A stretch of 64,000 bases of DNA from a virus (IMGVR_UViG_3300034126_000020:96001-160000), one strand, 5' to 3'. Positions 36,691 to 46,751 are shown, counted from the stretch's first letter. Translations and numbers: made by a program. Notes: generated by a model from the sequence alone, not told the origin.

Positions 36691-37575
36691 TTACTTCAGT
36701 TGGTAGTCTTTGACGATCTTACCGCCGACTCCGGCGTTAATGACCATGGGGTTGATCCAGATGGTTTTACCAGATCGTTTATAAGTACGGTCATGACCAC
36801 GGCGATCATGTTCGCGACTCTGACGACGTTCACCGCAATCGCCAGTCTCAGTCCGACCTGCACTGACGATACGCTCTGACTTGTTGACCACCAGAATCCG
36901 GTAGCTGTCATACGGCAACGCTTTCTTACGTTGTTCGGTGAAGGTCATCTTCTTGGCAGGTATCTCCTGCTCAGAGATGTTACTGAAGGCAAAGGCTTCG
37001 CACAACTCACAGAGAGCCAGGGTTGGTCCTCGCATGGTGGCACCGGCCAGCTTCTCGAACCACTCCTTGCTCAGGCCAATGTCATTGGTCAGGGTGCAGG
37101 GGAGGATGCCGCTCTCAAGAAGCTCAAACATCGGGCCTTTCTCTGAGGGCATCTTGGCGATGAACGGTGCACTGATCCACGTGCTTTGATCAGGCACGTG
37201 ACTGACCACGGTGATCTCAATAGGGCCTGCGCCTTCCTGAGTGGCGATCACAATGATCTTGTCCCGATAACAGTGACCGGAGGTCATCAGTTTCAGTATC
37301 GGGTCCTCAATGTGGTGCAGGGCGGCTTCGGCTGCTATTGCTGCCAGATAGTCTTCCTTGTGGTAATACTCAATCACCACACAAGGGTAGGGCAACCGGA
37401 TCTTCTCCGGAAGACAACGCAGGTTGTTGTCCAACACCCGACCACCTTCCGGCAGTGCGAACTTAGGAGCTGTCATGGCTGCTTGAAGCGTCGCTGCCAA
37501 CTCATTGTTACCGGCAATCCGCTTCGAGCGTTTGAAGAACTCCATCGCTGTTCGGAAATAGTTAGGACCTTCCAT
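36691..37575 (-). CDS. phage hypothetical protein with C-terminal HxRRGHxR motif
   Basis: REHDRRGHDR...IWINPMVING-like tail seen in many phage proteins. Confidence 0.7.
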   Translation of the reverse strand: MEGPNYFRTAMEFFKRSKRIAGNNELAATLQAAMTAPKFALPEGGRVLDNNLRCLPEKIRLPYPCVVIEYYHKEDYLAAIAAEAALHHIEDPILKLMTSGHCYRDKIIVIATQEGAGPIEITVVSHVPDQSTWISAPFIAKMPSEKGPMFELLESGILPCTLTNDIGLSKEWFEKLAGATMRGPTLALCELCEAFAFSNISEQEIPAKKMTFTEQRKKALPYDSYRILVVNKSERIVSAGRTETGDCGERRQSREHDRRGHDRTYKRSGKTIWINPMVINAGVGGKIVKDYQLK

Positions 37576-38023
37576 TCTTTCTCCTGCTGTCGCCTAAGGC
37601 AACCGTGATATCTGCTTGGATGAACGGGTAGATGGCTCGGTAGACGTAACTGATGTCGTCTTCCCAGCTCAACCCGCCATGTCCACAGCCCATGGGTGGT
37701 AAGACAATGCGTCCGAGTCTGTGCCGTTGGGCCAAGACTGCAATCTTGTTGATGTGATGGACAACCAGACTACGGGGAGATGCGTCTCGCCAGTCTAGTT
37801 TCGTGGGCACCAACAGATAACGAATGTCGTTGTGTTTATACGTGATGATGTTCCCTGGCTCAATCGTTGGGTACATCTTGCGATAGTGCTTGTGAAGCCC
37901 TGGGACCGTGTTACGGGCAGTTCGAGCCACTCCGGCTCCCATTGCCCCGACCAGATTGATCGTGATCACACGGGTGTCCGCAGGGACGTCAAACAGGTCT
38001 TGTTCCACGATCGTTAGTGACAT
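37562..38023 (-). CDS. DarG/TARG1-like (Poa1p-type) macrodomain
   Basis: NLVGAMGAGVA, PTKLDWR and LPPMGCGHGGLSW signature. Confidence 0.85.
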   Translation of the reverse strand: MSLTIVEQDLFDVPADTRVITINLVGAMGAGVARTARNTVPGLHKHYRKMYPTIEPGNIITYKHNDIRYLLVPTKLDWRDASPRSLVVHHINKIAVLAQRHRLGRIVLPPMGCGHGGLSWEDDISYVYRAIYPFIQADITVALGDSRRKNGRS

Positions 38024-38072
38024 TGAGATGGCCTCTGGTGTACAACTTGATAATGTATCGTCTTAACCAAAT

Positions 38073-38101
38073 CGAATAAAAGGAGGGCCGAAGCCCTCCC
38101 C
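38073..38101 (-). terminator. intrinsic terminator (UUCG hairpin + TTTTATT)
   Basis: GGGAGGGC-TTCG-GCCCTCC-TTTTATTC right after the stop at 38102. Confidence 0.8.
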
Positions 38102-38512
38102 TTACTTTTTCTTTCCGCCAGGCGGACCCGCGACACCACCCATCAACTTGTTGACCTCGGTGTCCTCTTTCGTGGAGACCGTGTCACACCGCTTGAGGAC
38201 TGCTTCCGCACGATCACGGGGCATCCTCATGAAGGTGTCAAGTGACATGCCGGTGTATTTGAGTACGTTGGCAACCAAGTATCGCTCAAGGTACACATCA
38301 AACGGATCAACCAGTGCCAGGTCTTCGGACTCGTGCATCGCAATCGAGGCGTACGGACTCATGCCTTGAGAGCTTTGTGCGTGGACCCCGAAGTAGTCGT
38401 CGTAACACTCGGTGATGATGATCTGGGCTGGAATGCTGTCAAGAGTCCCTTCGAACTTTGACAGCACTTCGTCAAGGGCAGTGATGCTGTCCTTGTCCTC
38501 CAGCTTGTCCAT
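38102..38512 (-). CDS. conserved protein; probable frameshift extension of the upstream gene (T4 gp51/tail-chaperone-like)
   Basis: weak RBS; frame open upstream through the slippery site. Confidence 0.65.
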   Translation of the reverse strand: MDKLEDKDSITALDEVLSKFEGTLDSIPAQIIITECYDDYFGVHAQSSQGMSPYASIAMHESEDLALVDPFDVYLERYLVANVLKYTGMSLDTFMRMPRDRAEAVLKRCDTVSTKEDTEVNKLMGGVAGPPGGKKK

Positions 38513-38553
38513 CCCGAACCGACGATCACCAGCATGGTAGCCTAACGGAAGGG

Positions 38554-40152
38554 TTAGACTGCCGCGCCTTCTACTTGGCTGATCTTCAGTGCGGCTAGGG
38601 TGAAAAAAACGTAACCGATGTCGATTGGGATCAAGTACGGATGCGTTTGGTCTTCAGGCTCCTTCTGGCACGCCGGGCACTTGACTTTCGGCAGGCCGAT
38701 GTAGGAGACCGTGGACTTCTTGATCCATTCGATGATTTCGTTGGTGAAGCGATCACCGACTTCTGGGTCTTCGGACAACATCTCGAGGATACGGTCTTTG
38801 TTCACCAGGTCATCGTAGATCACCGGCGCCGAGTCAGCGTCCAAGGCGTGCTCGAAGTGAGCCACCCAATGACTGTACTGACGCAGGTTCGTCAACGCAC
38901 CACTGCGCATGATGTGTCGAACGCGGTCCATCTCAGACAGACGCGCACCGAACGCATCGTTGGTCGCTTTGGAGATACCGTCAACCCACACGTGACCGGA
39001 ATCGATCTGTGCAGCCAGCGAAGGCACCTTCAATACCGCAGTCAGGTTGTTACCCAGTGCGATACGCTTTTCAGTGAAGGTGAACTCGGCTTGGTATTCA
39101 GCCAGCCACTTCGCATCACGCTTGGCGCTACGCGAGGCCATCTTCAGCGCTTGGCCCGGGGTGAACTTGGAACGGTCAACAAAGCCCATACGAGCAAAGT
39201 TGATCAGCACTTCGTCGACGTGCTTGCACTTGTCCGGATCGGCAACGCACGGCTGACGCAGCGGGTAACCGTCTGGGTACATTGCACAGGCCAGACCCCA
39301 CAGCACTTGCTGGTAGTCACGGCTACGGATCACGTCCATCAGCTCATCAACAGTCTCGCCAGTTTCAAAGGCGTAGTTGACGGAGACGACGTGCTCCAGA
39401 GCGAAGCGCATGTAGGTTTCAACAGTGTAGACTTCCACTGCCGAGAACACCATGCCGTTCGAGGAGCGACCGAGGTTCATCTTCTCCATGCGGGTCTTCT
39501 GTTCGAAGTCCAGCAGAGCCTGGATGGTCGGGGCACGGAAGGTGAGCCACAGACCGGTGTTCCACAATGGCACTTGCACCATCGAGCCTTGGCCAAAGGT
39601 CGCACGGATTGCCATGATCGGGTCTTTCATGTTGGCAGGTTTGACCTTACCAGCACCCAGAGCCGTTTCATTGTGCATCAACGTGTTGTGCCAGTTGCCT
39701 TCTTTGTCGATGCCGTCGAAGTACATGTCTTGCCATACGGCGGACAGACTGCGGGACAGGTTGACCAGACGGCGGTCTTCAGGCGAGAGGGTCTTGGCCT
39801 TCTCGTCAGTGAGATCGTTCAGACCACGGTGATCCATGATCATGCCCATCTCTTCCATGCCGACCTTCAGCGCAACGAGGCCTGGGCGACCTGGATCGAG
39901 GTCTTGACGTTTGAACATGGGTGACGCCATGGTGACGTGCGGGTTCGGACTGTCGAACTCTGCCCACAGTCCTTCGATTTCCATGCTGACTTCGGGTACT
40001 TGTTCTTCTGGAGCTTTAGCAGTGGCCGCTGCTGTGGTGGCTTGGGCGAATGCTTCAGCGCTGGTAGCGCCGTCTACGTTCGGTACCAAGTTGGACGTGT
40101 CCAATTCCACCTCGTCCATTCCTTCATTCTGGGGTTTCTGGTCGTCGCTCAT
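38554..40152 (-). CDS. conserved phiKZ gp77-like protein with C-terminal CxxC (T4 gp26/tail-chaperone-like)
   Basis: synteny between the helicase and vRNAP genes; KCPACQ motif. Confidence 0.65.
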   Translation of the reverse strand: MSDDQKPQNEGMDEVELDTSNLVPNVDGATSAEAFAQATTAAATAKAPEEQVPEVSMEIEGLWAEFDSPNPHVTMASPMFKRQDLDPGRPGLVALKVGMEEMGMIMDHRGLNDLTDEKAKTLSPEDRRLVNLSRSLSAVWQDMYFDGIDKEGNWHNTLMHNETALGAGKVKPANMKDPIMAIRATFGQGSMVQVPLWNTGLWLTFRAPTIQALLDFEQKTRMEKMNLGRSSNGMVFSAVEVYTVETYMRFALEHVVSVNYAFETGETVDELMDVIRSRDYQQVLWGLACAMYPDGYPLRQPCVADPDKCKHVDEVLINFARMGFVDRSKFTPGQALKMASRSAKRDAKWLAEYQAEFTFTEKRIALGNNLTAVLKVPSLAAQIDSGHVWVDGISKATNDAFGARLSEMDRVRHIMRSGALTNLRQYSHWVAHFEHALDADSAPVIYDDLVNKDRILEMLSEDPEVGDRFTNEIIEWIKKSTVSYIGLPKVKCPACQKEPEDQTHPYLIPIDIGYVFFTLAALKISQVEGAAV

Positions 40153-40164
40153 GTCTCTGCCTTA

Positions 40165-40548
40165 TCACGCAGTTTTCTTTTCGGAACGAACAAGATCACC
40201 AATCAGGTCCATCAGCTCACCGGAATGGGGAGAGACGGTTGCAGTGGTCTGTTCAATGAAATCATAGTAATCACCACCGGCCTTCAACAGGACAGGGTGA
40301 TTAGGATTATTCAACACAGCTGAGGTGATCTCAGCGCTGTGCTTGGACTTGATCCCGTCGAGACGTTTCTTCATCTCTTCCAGATCACGTTTGATGATGC
40401 GGGTCAGCTCAGCGACGCGCTTGCCGTTTGGAGATTTGCTCCAGTCGTAACGAGCAGCGTCTTGGGTGGTTGTAGCGAAACTGTGCAGAAGTCTCAAGGA
40501 CTGTTGGTGAAGGGACTGCAACCCCTGACTCCGTGTAAGCTTGGACAT
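40165..40548 (-). CDS. hypothetical protein (gp78-like position)
   Basis: start at MSKLTR; synteny. Confidence 0.6.
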   Translation of the reverse strand: MSKLTRSQGLQSLHQQSLRLLHSFATTTQDAARYDWSKSPNGKRVAELTRIIKRDLEEMKKRLDGIKSKHSAEITSAVLNNPNHPVLLKAGGDYYDFIEQTTATVSPHSGELMDLIGDLVRSEKKTA

Positions 40549-40645
40549 GATCGTTTGAACCCCAGTAATATGGAAAATGGACTGGCCAATTATTTGTACT
40601 TTACTCATAGTAGGTCGGCTAAACTTTTTTTATTAGGAATACACA

Positions 40646-41482
40646 ATGTTCCAAGAACTCTCTGACATTCTTCTGGACAATGTGCACCCTGCCATCTACA
40701 GTGGAATGGTGTCACTTACCCGGGCGCTGGAAAAGCATCAAGCTGTCCAGTACAAGGAGCGCATCATTCAATTGCGGATGGATGCGAATAACCGTGAACC
40801 ACTCACCTTGACTGACGAAGCGATCTCGATCGTCTACGATCAGGTGCGTGCCCTGACCCAACAGATGAAAATCCAGTTGGAGTTGGACACCTTGAGCATG
40901 GACAAGCTTTCCATGATCCTGGAGTGTCTGACCTTTACGCCAAGCGATAATGATTCAGAGTATCTGGCTGCTTTGGATGCCGGAGAAGACTCTGAAGACA
41001 CCCTGCACGACATCTTGGCCATCTACATGCAGTGCGAACCCATCGAACTGATGGAGTACGTCACGGGTGTAGACGGCGCAGTCATCATTGCCATCCGTGA
41101 AGTCGTGGAACGTAACCTCAGCTACCTCGAGAAGGCAGAAGAGGGTGTCCAAGACGCCGTGGTACTGCTCAACAAGCACCAAGCGTTGGTCGGTGAGAAG
41201 TTGACGGTCGGTATGGAGTCGTTGTCAGCGGGTATGGGTGTAGGTGTCTCGGCTGAAGAGCTGGTGAACCAGTCCCGTGGTCGTTTGGCTGACCTTCCGG
41301 CTGAAGACTTGGCGGATCAATTGATTTCCATCGCCATTATCGCCAAGACCCCACGTGATGCTCTGCAAGATGAAGTCATGTTCTTCGCAGAGAACATCAT
41401 CCAGGACCCGTTCATGGTTCAGAAGGCTTACAAGCGCGTTACCAAGCGTTTGGCTGAGCTGCCCCCGGAGAATACGCCGTGA
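40646..41482 (+). CDS. virion protein (gp79-like)
   Basis: synteny upstream of vRNAP beta'; AGGA RBS. Confidence 0.6.
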   Translation: MFQELSDILLDNVHPAIYSGMVSLTRALEKHQAVQYKERIIQLRMDANNREPLTLTDEAISIVYDQVRALTQQMKIQLELDTLSMDKLSMILECLTFTPSDNDSEYLAALDAGEDSEDTLHDILAIYMQCEPIELMEYVTGVDGAVIIAIREVVERNLSYLEKAEEGVQDAVVLLNKHQALVGEKLTVGMESLSAGMGVGVSAEELVNQSRGRLADLPAEDLADQLISIAIIAKTPRDALQDEVMFFAENIIQDPFMVQKAYKRVTKRLAELPPENTP

Positions 41483-42825
41483 AGAAGCTTGACTTTTACA
41501 TTGATGCGTTGCAAGCAGGCGCTTACCGTCGCAAGGACTGGGTCATCAGTGCTTTTTCGGTGGTGCGTGAGCAAGCATCGTTCCATGGACCGGTTCCTGA
41601 GGCCCAAATGGGTAACGGGGACATCAGCGGGACGGAACTGTACTCCATTCGCTACGGTCGTGAGAGCACTGAGGTGTTTGTACCGACCATGGCCGGCAAT
41701 GAGTGGATCTCCATTCAAGATACCGTGGCCATGACACCGTTGTTCTACCCGGCTGACCCGTTGAACGTGACCCCGGCCATGATTCCGAACTGCAAAGCCG
41801 CCGTGGAGTCCACGTTTGGTGATTTGCTGTTCAACTGGATCGCCTTGGTGGAGCCTTTCCATGATCGCATCGACTATCAGGTCGGTCCGGTGAAGATTGG
41901 CAACATCGAACGCATCATTGCCAAGAAGTTGGTGGACGATCCGGAGATCTCAGGCATCGAACCCGGTCCTGACCAGATCCCGGTGAAGATGTACATGCGC
42001 TTTGGTCGTTGTGTAGGGGCTCTGGCAGGCTTTACGCAGATCTTCGTGCCTACGTTGACACCCAAGTCACTCCAGACTGACCCTCAAGTGCGTGTGCGCC
42101 GTGGTGAACTGCTGGAAGAGAACGCTGATCGTCTCCATGACCCTGTTGTCGTGGCTAAGATCCAGAACGAACTCATCGACATGGACAAAGCGTGGCTCAA
42201 AGACGACCCGTCCGAAGGTTTCCTCTTGTCGAACAAGACGTGGGGCACGGCACGTAAGCGGATGTTCCTCATTCACGGTCCAGAAGCAGGCTTCAACGAG
42301 GGCGGTAACGCTGAACTCGTGGTCAACTCGCTGGAAGAAGGCTGGGACACCGACAAACTGGTGGCCATGTTCAACTCCACACGTGCGGGTTCCTTCTATC
42401 GGGGTGCTTTGACAGCCCTCGGCGGGGAAGCGGTGAAGTTCTTCATGCGAGTCTTCCAAAACGTGGCCATCTCGGAAGAGGATTGCGGGTCCCGACTGGG
42501 GATCGAGCGGACCATCGAGAAGGGTCAGGGCGAATACTACGCCGGTCTGTGGGAAATTACCTCCACAGGCATCACGTTGCTCACGGAAGAACGTGCCAAG
42601 AGTCTGGAAGGCAAGACCATCCGCACTCGTTCCCCTCAATTCTGCAAGACAGGCGGTACTGACTTCTGTGCCCGTTGCGTAGGTGATGCTCTGGCAGCTA
42701 TCCCATTCGCTATCGGTGCTGAAAGTACCTCTGTCGCTTCCAAGTTCATGGACATCATGATGGCCTCGGCTCACGCTAAGGAACTGAAGACGGCCAAGTT
42801 GAACGTGTTGGAAGCATTTACCTAA
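41479..42825 (+). CDS. virion RNA polymerase beta' C-terminal subunit (gp80-like)
   Basis: RAGSFYRGALTALGG bridge-helix region, EEDCGS, and RSPQFCK...FCARCVG zinc site. Confidence 0.88.
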   Translation: MKKLDFYIDALQAGAYRRKDWVISAFSVVREQASFHGPVPEAQMGNGDISGTELYSIRYGRESTEVFVPTMAGNEWISIQDTVAMTPLFYPADPLNVTPAMIPNCKAAVESTFGDLLFNWIALVEPFHDRIDYQVGPVKIGNIERIIAKKLVDDPEISGIEPGPDQIPVKMYMRFGRCVGALAGFTQIFVPTLTPKSLQTDPQVRVRRGELLEENADRLHDPVVVAKIQNELIDMDKAWLKDDPSEGFLLSNKTWGTARKRMFLIHGPEAGFNEGGNAELVVNSLEEGWDTDKLVAMFNSTRAGSFYRGALTALGGEAVKFFMRVFQNVAISEEDCGSRLGIERTIEKGQGEYYAGLWEITSTGITLLTEERAKSLEGKTIRTRSPQFCKTGGTDFCARCVGDALAAIPFAIGAESTSVASKFMDIMMASAHAKELKTAKLNVLEAFT

Positions 42826-42834
42826 GGGTGCCTC

Positions 42835-45711
42835 ATGAGCGACAAATACAACGGCAACTATCCCAAGGCGTGGACAGTTCAGGAAACGGCCACCTACATC
42901 GAATCGGGAACCGAGCCTCCCAAGACCAAGAACGGTCTATGGGTAACCGATGAGGAACGTGAAGAAAGGGAATTGAAAGACTGGTCCCTGGCTGAACTGT
43001 TCGCTCTGGCCAACGGTGAGCTGTATTCGTTCCACACCACTGGCAATGATGAGTTCTATCAGGCTGTTCGTGGTAAGGCGCTCCTTGATGATCGTGATGC
43101 GGTCAAGTGGGGTGAGGAAGATCTCTACAACTGGCTGTTGTTTGAGCGTCCTCCAGAGAAAAGCCCGAACGGTTACTACATCAGTGACCCTGAGCGTTGG
43201 GTCAAGGATGCCAGCAAGTGGAACGACACTGAATTGGCAGACTTGGGTGCGGGTTACTTCGGGGAACCGGAGAAGAGCCAGCTCTACATCCTCGATGAAG
43301 CGTCTGATCGGTTCGCTCTCCCACACGGCATCACGTGGGAAGACTTCTGTCTGTACATCACGACCAAAGCAAAGCCTGCCATGACGAGCAATGAGTTACT
43401 GGTCAATGACCGTAACCGTGCTGGCAAGTTGATCAGTGACTGGTCCGATGAAGAAGTCGAAGCGTGGTTGCTTGACGAGATCGTTGTCGAAGACGAGAAG
43501 AAGACAGCTCTGCTACTGGCCCGTTCCATTCAACTGTTCAATGCTGGACGGTACTGGACGCAGCAGATGGTCAAGGACTACGTCATTCGTGACATCTATC
43601 CTGACGTCGACTACAAGTCGTACACCGACGAACAGCTGACAGTCCTTGCTGAACAAGACAACGACAAAGAAGCTCAACATGAGTTGCTCAGTCGTCATCC
43701 AGCGTTTGATCCACCACCGGAGCCCGAAGATGAACCAGCCCCAGTACCCCCTGTTGCCGAAGAACCGGTCGACGACGGAGGAGCGGAAGAACAAGGACCT
43801 GATCCAGAAGACGGAGGCCCTGTTGACGAGCCTCAAGAACCTGGACCTGAGCCGGATGCACCTAGCGATGACGATAGTGGCCCGGAGGAAACGGAACCGC
43901 CTGCGGTGCTCTGGACGGATCTGGTCCCGGAAGGTACGCCAGTCTATGAAGCGCTTGTCGCTGGGACATCTGATGAGCTGATTGCCAACACCGATCGTCG
44001 TCGTTTGCTCAGTGCTTCCAAGTGGACACTGGACGAACTCATCGGTTGGGCTCGTGGTCTCATCGGCAACAGCATGAACACCACTGACGACACCCTTATC
44101 AACGCCTTGCGCGTCGCTCTTGGGTCGTTCGTCACTAACTGGTCTGACAGTGTGGTAAAAGCCTTTGTCGTCTCTCAGGAGCTTCCTGAGGGCTTTGCGA
44201 CCGGGGTTCTGGTGGAAGACTGCATCCGTGATCGCATGCACCCGGGCGACTGGCGTGATGAGGAAGTCAAGGCATGGGCAGCGGATAAGATCCGTACCAG
44301 TGTCCCTGATGACCGTATCCTCTTAGCGGCTCGGAACCGGTTCAAGATCCCAGACCGGCTGAACGACGAAGAAGCCAAGGAGTACATCGTGACAGGTATC
44401 TTGCCTGATGACACGATTCCTCCGATCGAGGCATGCAAGCCTGTGTCCAAGCGTCAACTGGATGCGTGGTTGAAAGGCGATCTCCCGGCTGACAAGGCCG
44501 ATGAAGAACGTCTGTTCGTGCAGGCTCGCCAAGCGTACGGCATTGACATCCATTGGACCAATGCCCATCTCCTCGCCTACATCCGTAACGGCTCTTTGCC
44601 TCAGCGGTTGGCAGATGGGACTCTGGTGGAAGATCGGATGCGTTGTGCTGACACCTGTGTCAATTGGTCGTGGAAAGAGTTGCGTGCTTTGGCCTCTGGC
44701 CAGATCACGGCTACCTTCGCCATCACCGATGCCATGGAACGTATCCGTCGTTTGATTGACGTGCAGTTCGGCGTAAGCCCTGCTCACTGGTCGGACGAGG
44801 ATGTCCTCAACTACCTGGTCACCAACGACAAGCCTAAGGCATTGGAAAGCGGGGTCTACATCAATGACCCTACCCGTCCAATGAAGCAGGCTATCGAATG
44901 GCGTGACGCTGAACTCAAGGCGTGGTTGCGCGGCGAGATCACCGAAACCGTCAAGGCTCCAGAAGAGGTTCTGTGGGACGAGATCTACATTCGTTTCCGT
45001 GTTCCGTTGTTCTGGTACCGTGAGGATGCCAAATCGTATGTGCTGACCGGCAAGCAAGTCCCTTCGACACCGTCAGGCATTTGGGTACGTGACCGTAACC
45101 GCGATGCCCGTCCGGTGAAACATTGGACACGCCGGGAAATCAAGGCCTGGTGCCGTGGGCAGATCATGCCTTCGATCACTGCCAGTCCTGAGACAATGAT
45201 CAAGCGTGCTGCTGATCTCTTTGGGGTAACCACCCTGCTCGATGCTGATTCGATCAAGAAACGAATCAGTGCCATCACTGAGGAATCCATGACCATGACC
45301 GTTAAATTCGTTGACAACGACCTGAAGTCGTACGAAGAAGGCCGTAAAGCAGCCGGTGACAATGCCGCCGCCGCTGCGCCTTACCAGACGCTGCTGGACC
45401 GTTGCATCAGCCGTGTACTGCGCCTGGAAGGTGAAGACTTCGTGCAGGGTTGGACCGAACTGCTGAACTTCTTCCACAAGAACAGCAACGGCATCATGTC
45501 CGCCAAGAAGATCTACACCGGCGTTGGCCAGATGTCGATCACCCCTAAAGGCCTGCGTCTGTTCAACAACATGACGTCGGTCCTGATGCAGACTGCTGAC
45601 CCGGCGACCCGTGATCGTCAAGTCAAAGTCATCGAGTGGAATGCTTCCCTGAAGGAAGTGACCAACGAGAAGACAAGACAGAGCATTCTCGCGTATTACG
45701 GGTTGAGCTAA
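42835..45711 (+). CDS. 958-aa Trp-rich tandem-repeat protein with a distinct 140-aa C-terminal domain
   Basis: repeated W(S/T)xxxxxxY...GxxxxDxxR...W(S/T)DxELxAW units. Confidence 0.8.
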   Translation: MSDKYNGNYPKAWTVQETATYIESGTEPPKTKNGLWVTDEEREERELKDWSLAELFALANGELYSFHTTGNDEFYQAVRGKALLDDRDAVKWGEEDLYNWLLFERPPEKSPNGYYISDPERWVKDASKWNDTELADLGAGYFGEPEKSQLYILDEASDRFALPHGITWEDFCLYITTKAKPAMTSNELLVNDRNRAGKLISDWSDEEVEAWLLDEIVVEDEKKTALLLARSIQLFNAGRYWTQQMVKDYVIRDIYPDVDYKSYTDEQLTVLAEQDNDKEAQHELLSRHPAFDPPPEPEDEPAPVPPVAEEPVDDGGAEEQGPDPEDGGPVDEPQEPGPEPDAPSDDDSGPEETEPPAVLWTDLVPEGTPVYEALVAGTSDELIANTDRRRLLSASKWTLDELIGWARGLIGNSMNTTDDTLINALRVALGSFVTNWSDSVVKAFVVSQELPEGFATGVLVEDCIRDRMHPGDWRDEEVKAWAADKIRTSVPDDRILLAARNRFKIPDRLNDEEAKEYIVTGILPDDTIPPIEACKPVSKRQLDAWLKGDLPADKADEERLFVQARQAYGIDIHWTNAHLLAYIRNGSLPQRLADGTLVEDRMRCADTCVNWSWKELRALASGQITATFAITDAMERIRRLIDVQFGVSPAHWSDEDVLNYLVTNDKPKALESGVYINDPTRPMKQAIEWRDAELKAWLRGEITETVKAPEEVLWDEIYIRFRVPLFWYREDAKSYVLTGKQVPSTPSGIWVRDRNRDARPVKHWTRREIKAWCRGQIMPSITASPETMIKRAADLFGVTTLLDADSIKKRISAITEESMTMTVKFVDNDLKSYEEGRKAAGDNAAAAAPYQTLLDRCISRVLRLEGEDFVQGWTELLNFFHKNSNGIMSAKKIYTGVGQMSITPKGLRLFNNMTSVLMQTADPATRDRQVKVIEWNASLKEVTNEKTRQSILAYYGLS

Positions 45712-45725
45712 GCTCTAGCCCGAAC

Positions 45726-45772
45726 AAAGAAAAAAGAAAGGAGACAGGAGCCCTAGGGCTCCTGTCTCTATT
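45726..45772. terminator. bidirectional terminator
   Basis: GAGACAGGAGCCC-TA-GGGCTCCTGTCTC with an A-tract on the left, between convergent genes. Confidence 0.8.
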
Positions 45773-45775
45773 CCG

Positions 45776-46405
45776 TTAGACAAAGTTCCAGTCAGGATCA
45801 TCAGAGTTAAGCTTATTGCGGATAGTGGTGCGACCCATCTTCAATTCACTCGCGGCGATCTGGATACTGGGGTATGTAGTCCCATTAATCACGATCTCCT
45901 TCTGTCGAGCCTCACCTATACGGCGCTTGTGTTCATCAGAGTGAGGTCTGCCCTTACCGATCTCGGAGAGTTTACGACAAGTCTCTTCAGACGGTGGAGC
46001 GCGGTGTATTGCAGCTACACGCATCCGTTGAAGTGTCTCTTCGCTGTATACTCTCCCGAGATTAGCTTGACGACACTTCTCTCGACTCTCTTCAGGCATC
46101 CCATGAGACCATGCAGCAATCGATCCCGTACCAAGGTTGGCACAGTCCGGGTCACCATGATGGAAGTTAATGAGGCTCTGTTCAAGCCGCTTTGAATGAT
46201 CTTCCGATGTTGCAGCGATGTACTCCACCTCAACATTGTCCCAGCTCGTAAAGCCGCGTTGTAGGTTTTCATTCGGATGGTTCCCGAGATTAAAACGACT
46301 ACGATGATCTCGTAGTCGCTTATCGAGATTATTGGTGCTTCCGACGTAGAACGTGCCGGACTGGGTGTCTGTGATTTTATACGCTGCAACGATCGGCTTT
46401 GTCAT
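45776..46405 (-). mobile_element. free-standing GIY-YIG homing endonuclease with NUMOD3-like repeats and C-terminal HTH
   Basis: AAYKIT...FYVGST...R..DH, conserved E and N; SEET repeats; YPSIQIAA HTH. Confidence 0.9.
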
Positions 46406-46740
46406 GCCGAGATTTCGATGATCGATTGCCACTTGTTCAGTTGTTCGTGTTGATAGCTGAACAGCAACGTGAAGTTCAGGAAGTCATCCCCCATCTCTTC
46501 GTTGTGACGATGACACACCGTCATCACTTCGTAGAGTTTCGTTTTCTGTTCCTCTACTTCGGGCCATCCCAACTTGCTATCGCGAGGAAGGACAGACAGA
46601 TACTGTCCTCCATTCGGTGAACAGGTATGGACACCCGTATGTTGCAAGCCAAGCTCTTCACACTTGGCCAGTACCTTTGCCATCCCCTGCTTGTCGGAGA
46701 TAGCGTACACATGCAACGTCCTGAATCCGTACTCACTCAT
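46402..46740 (-). CDS. hypothetical protein
   Basis: ATGA overlap with the endonuclease gene. Confidence 0.65.
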   Translation of the reverse strand: MSEYGFRTLHVYAISDKQGMAKVLAKCEELGLQHTGVHTCSPNGGQYLSVLPRDSKLGWPEVEEQKTKLYEVMTVCHRHNEEMGDDFLNFTLLFSYQHEQLNKWQSIIEISA

Positions 46741-46751
46741 TACCTTCTCCC

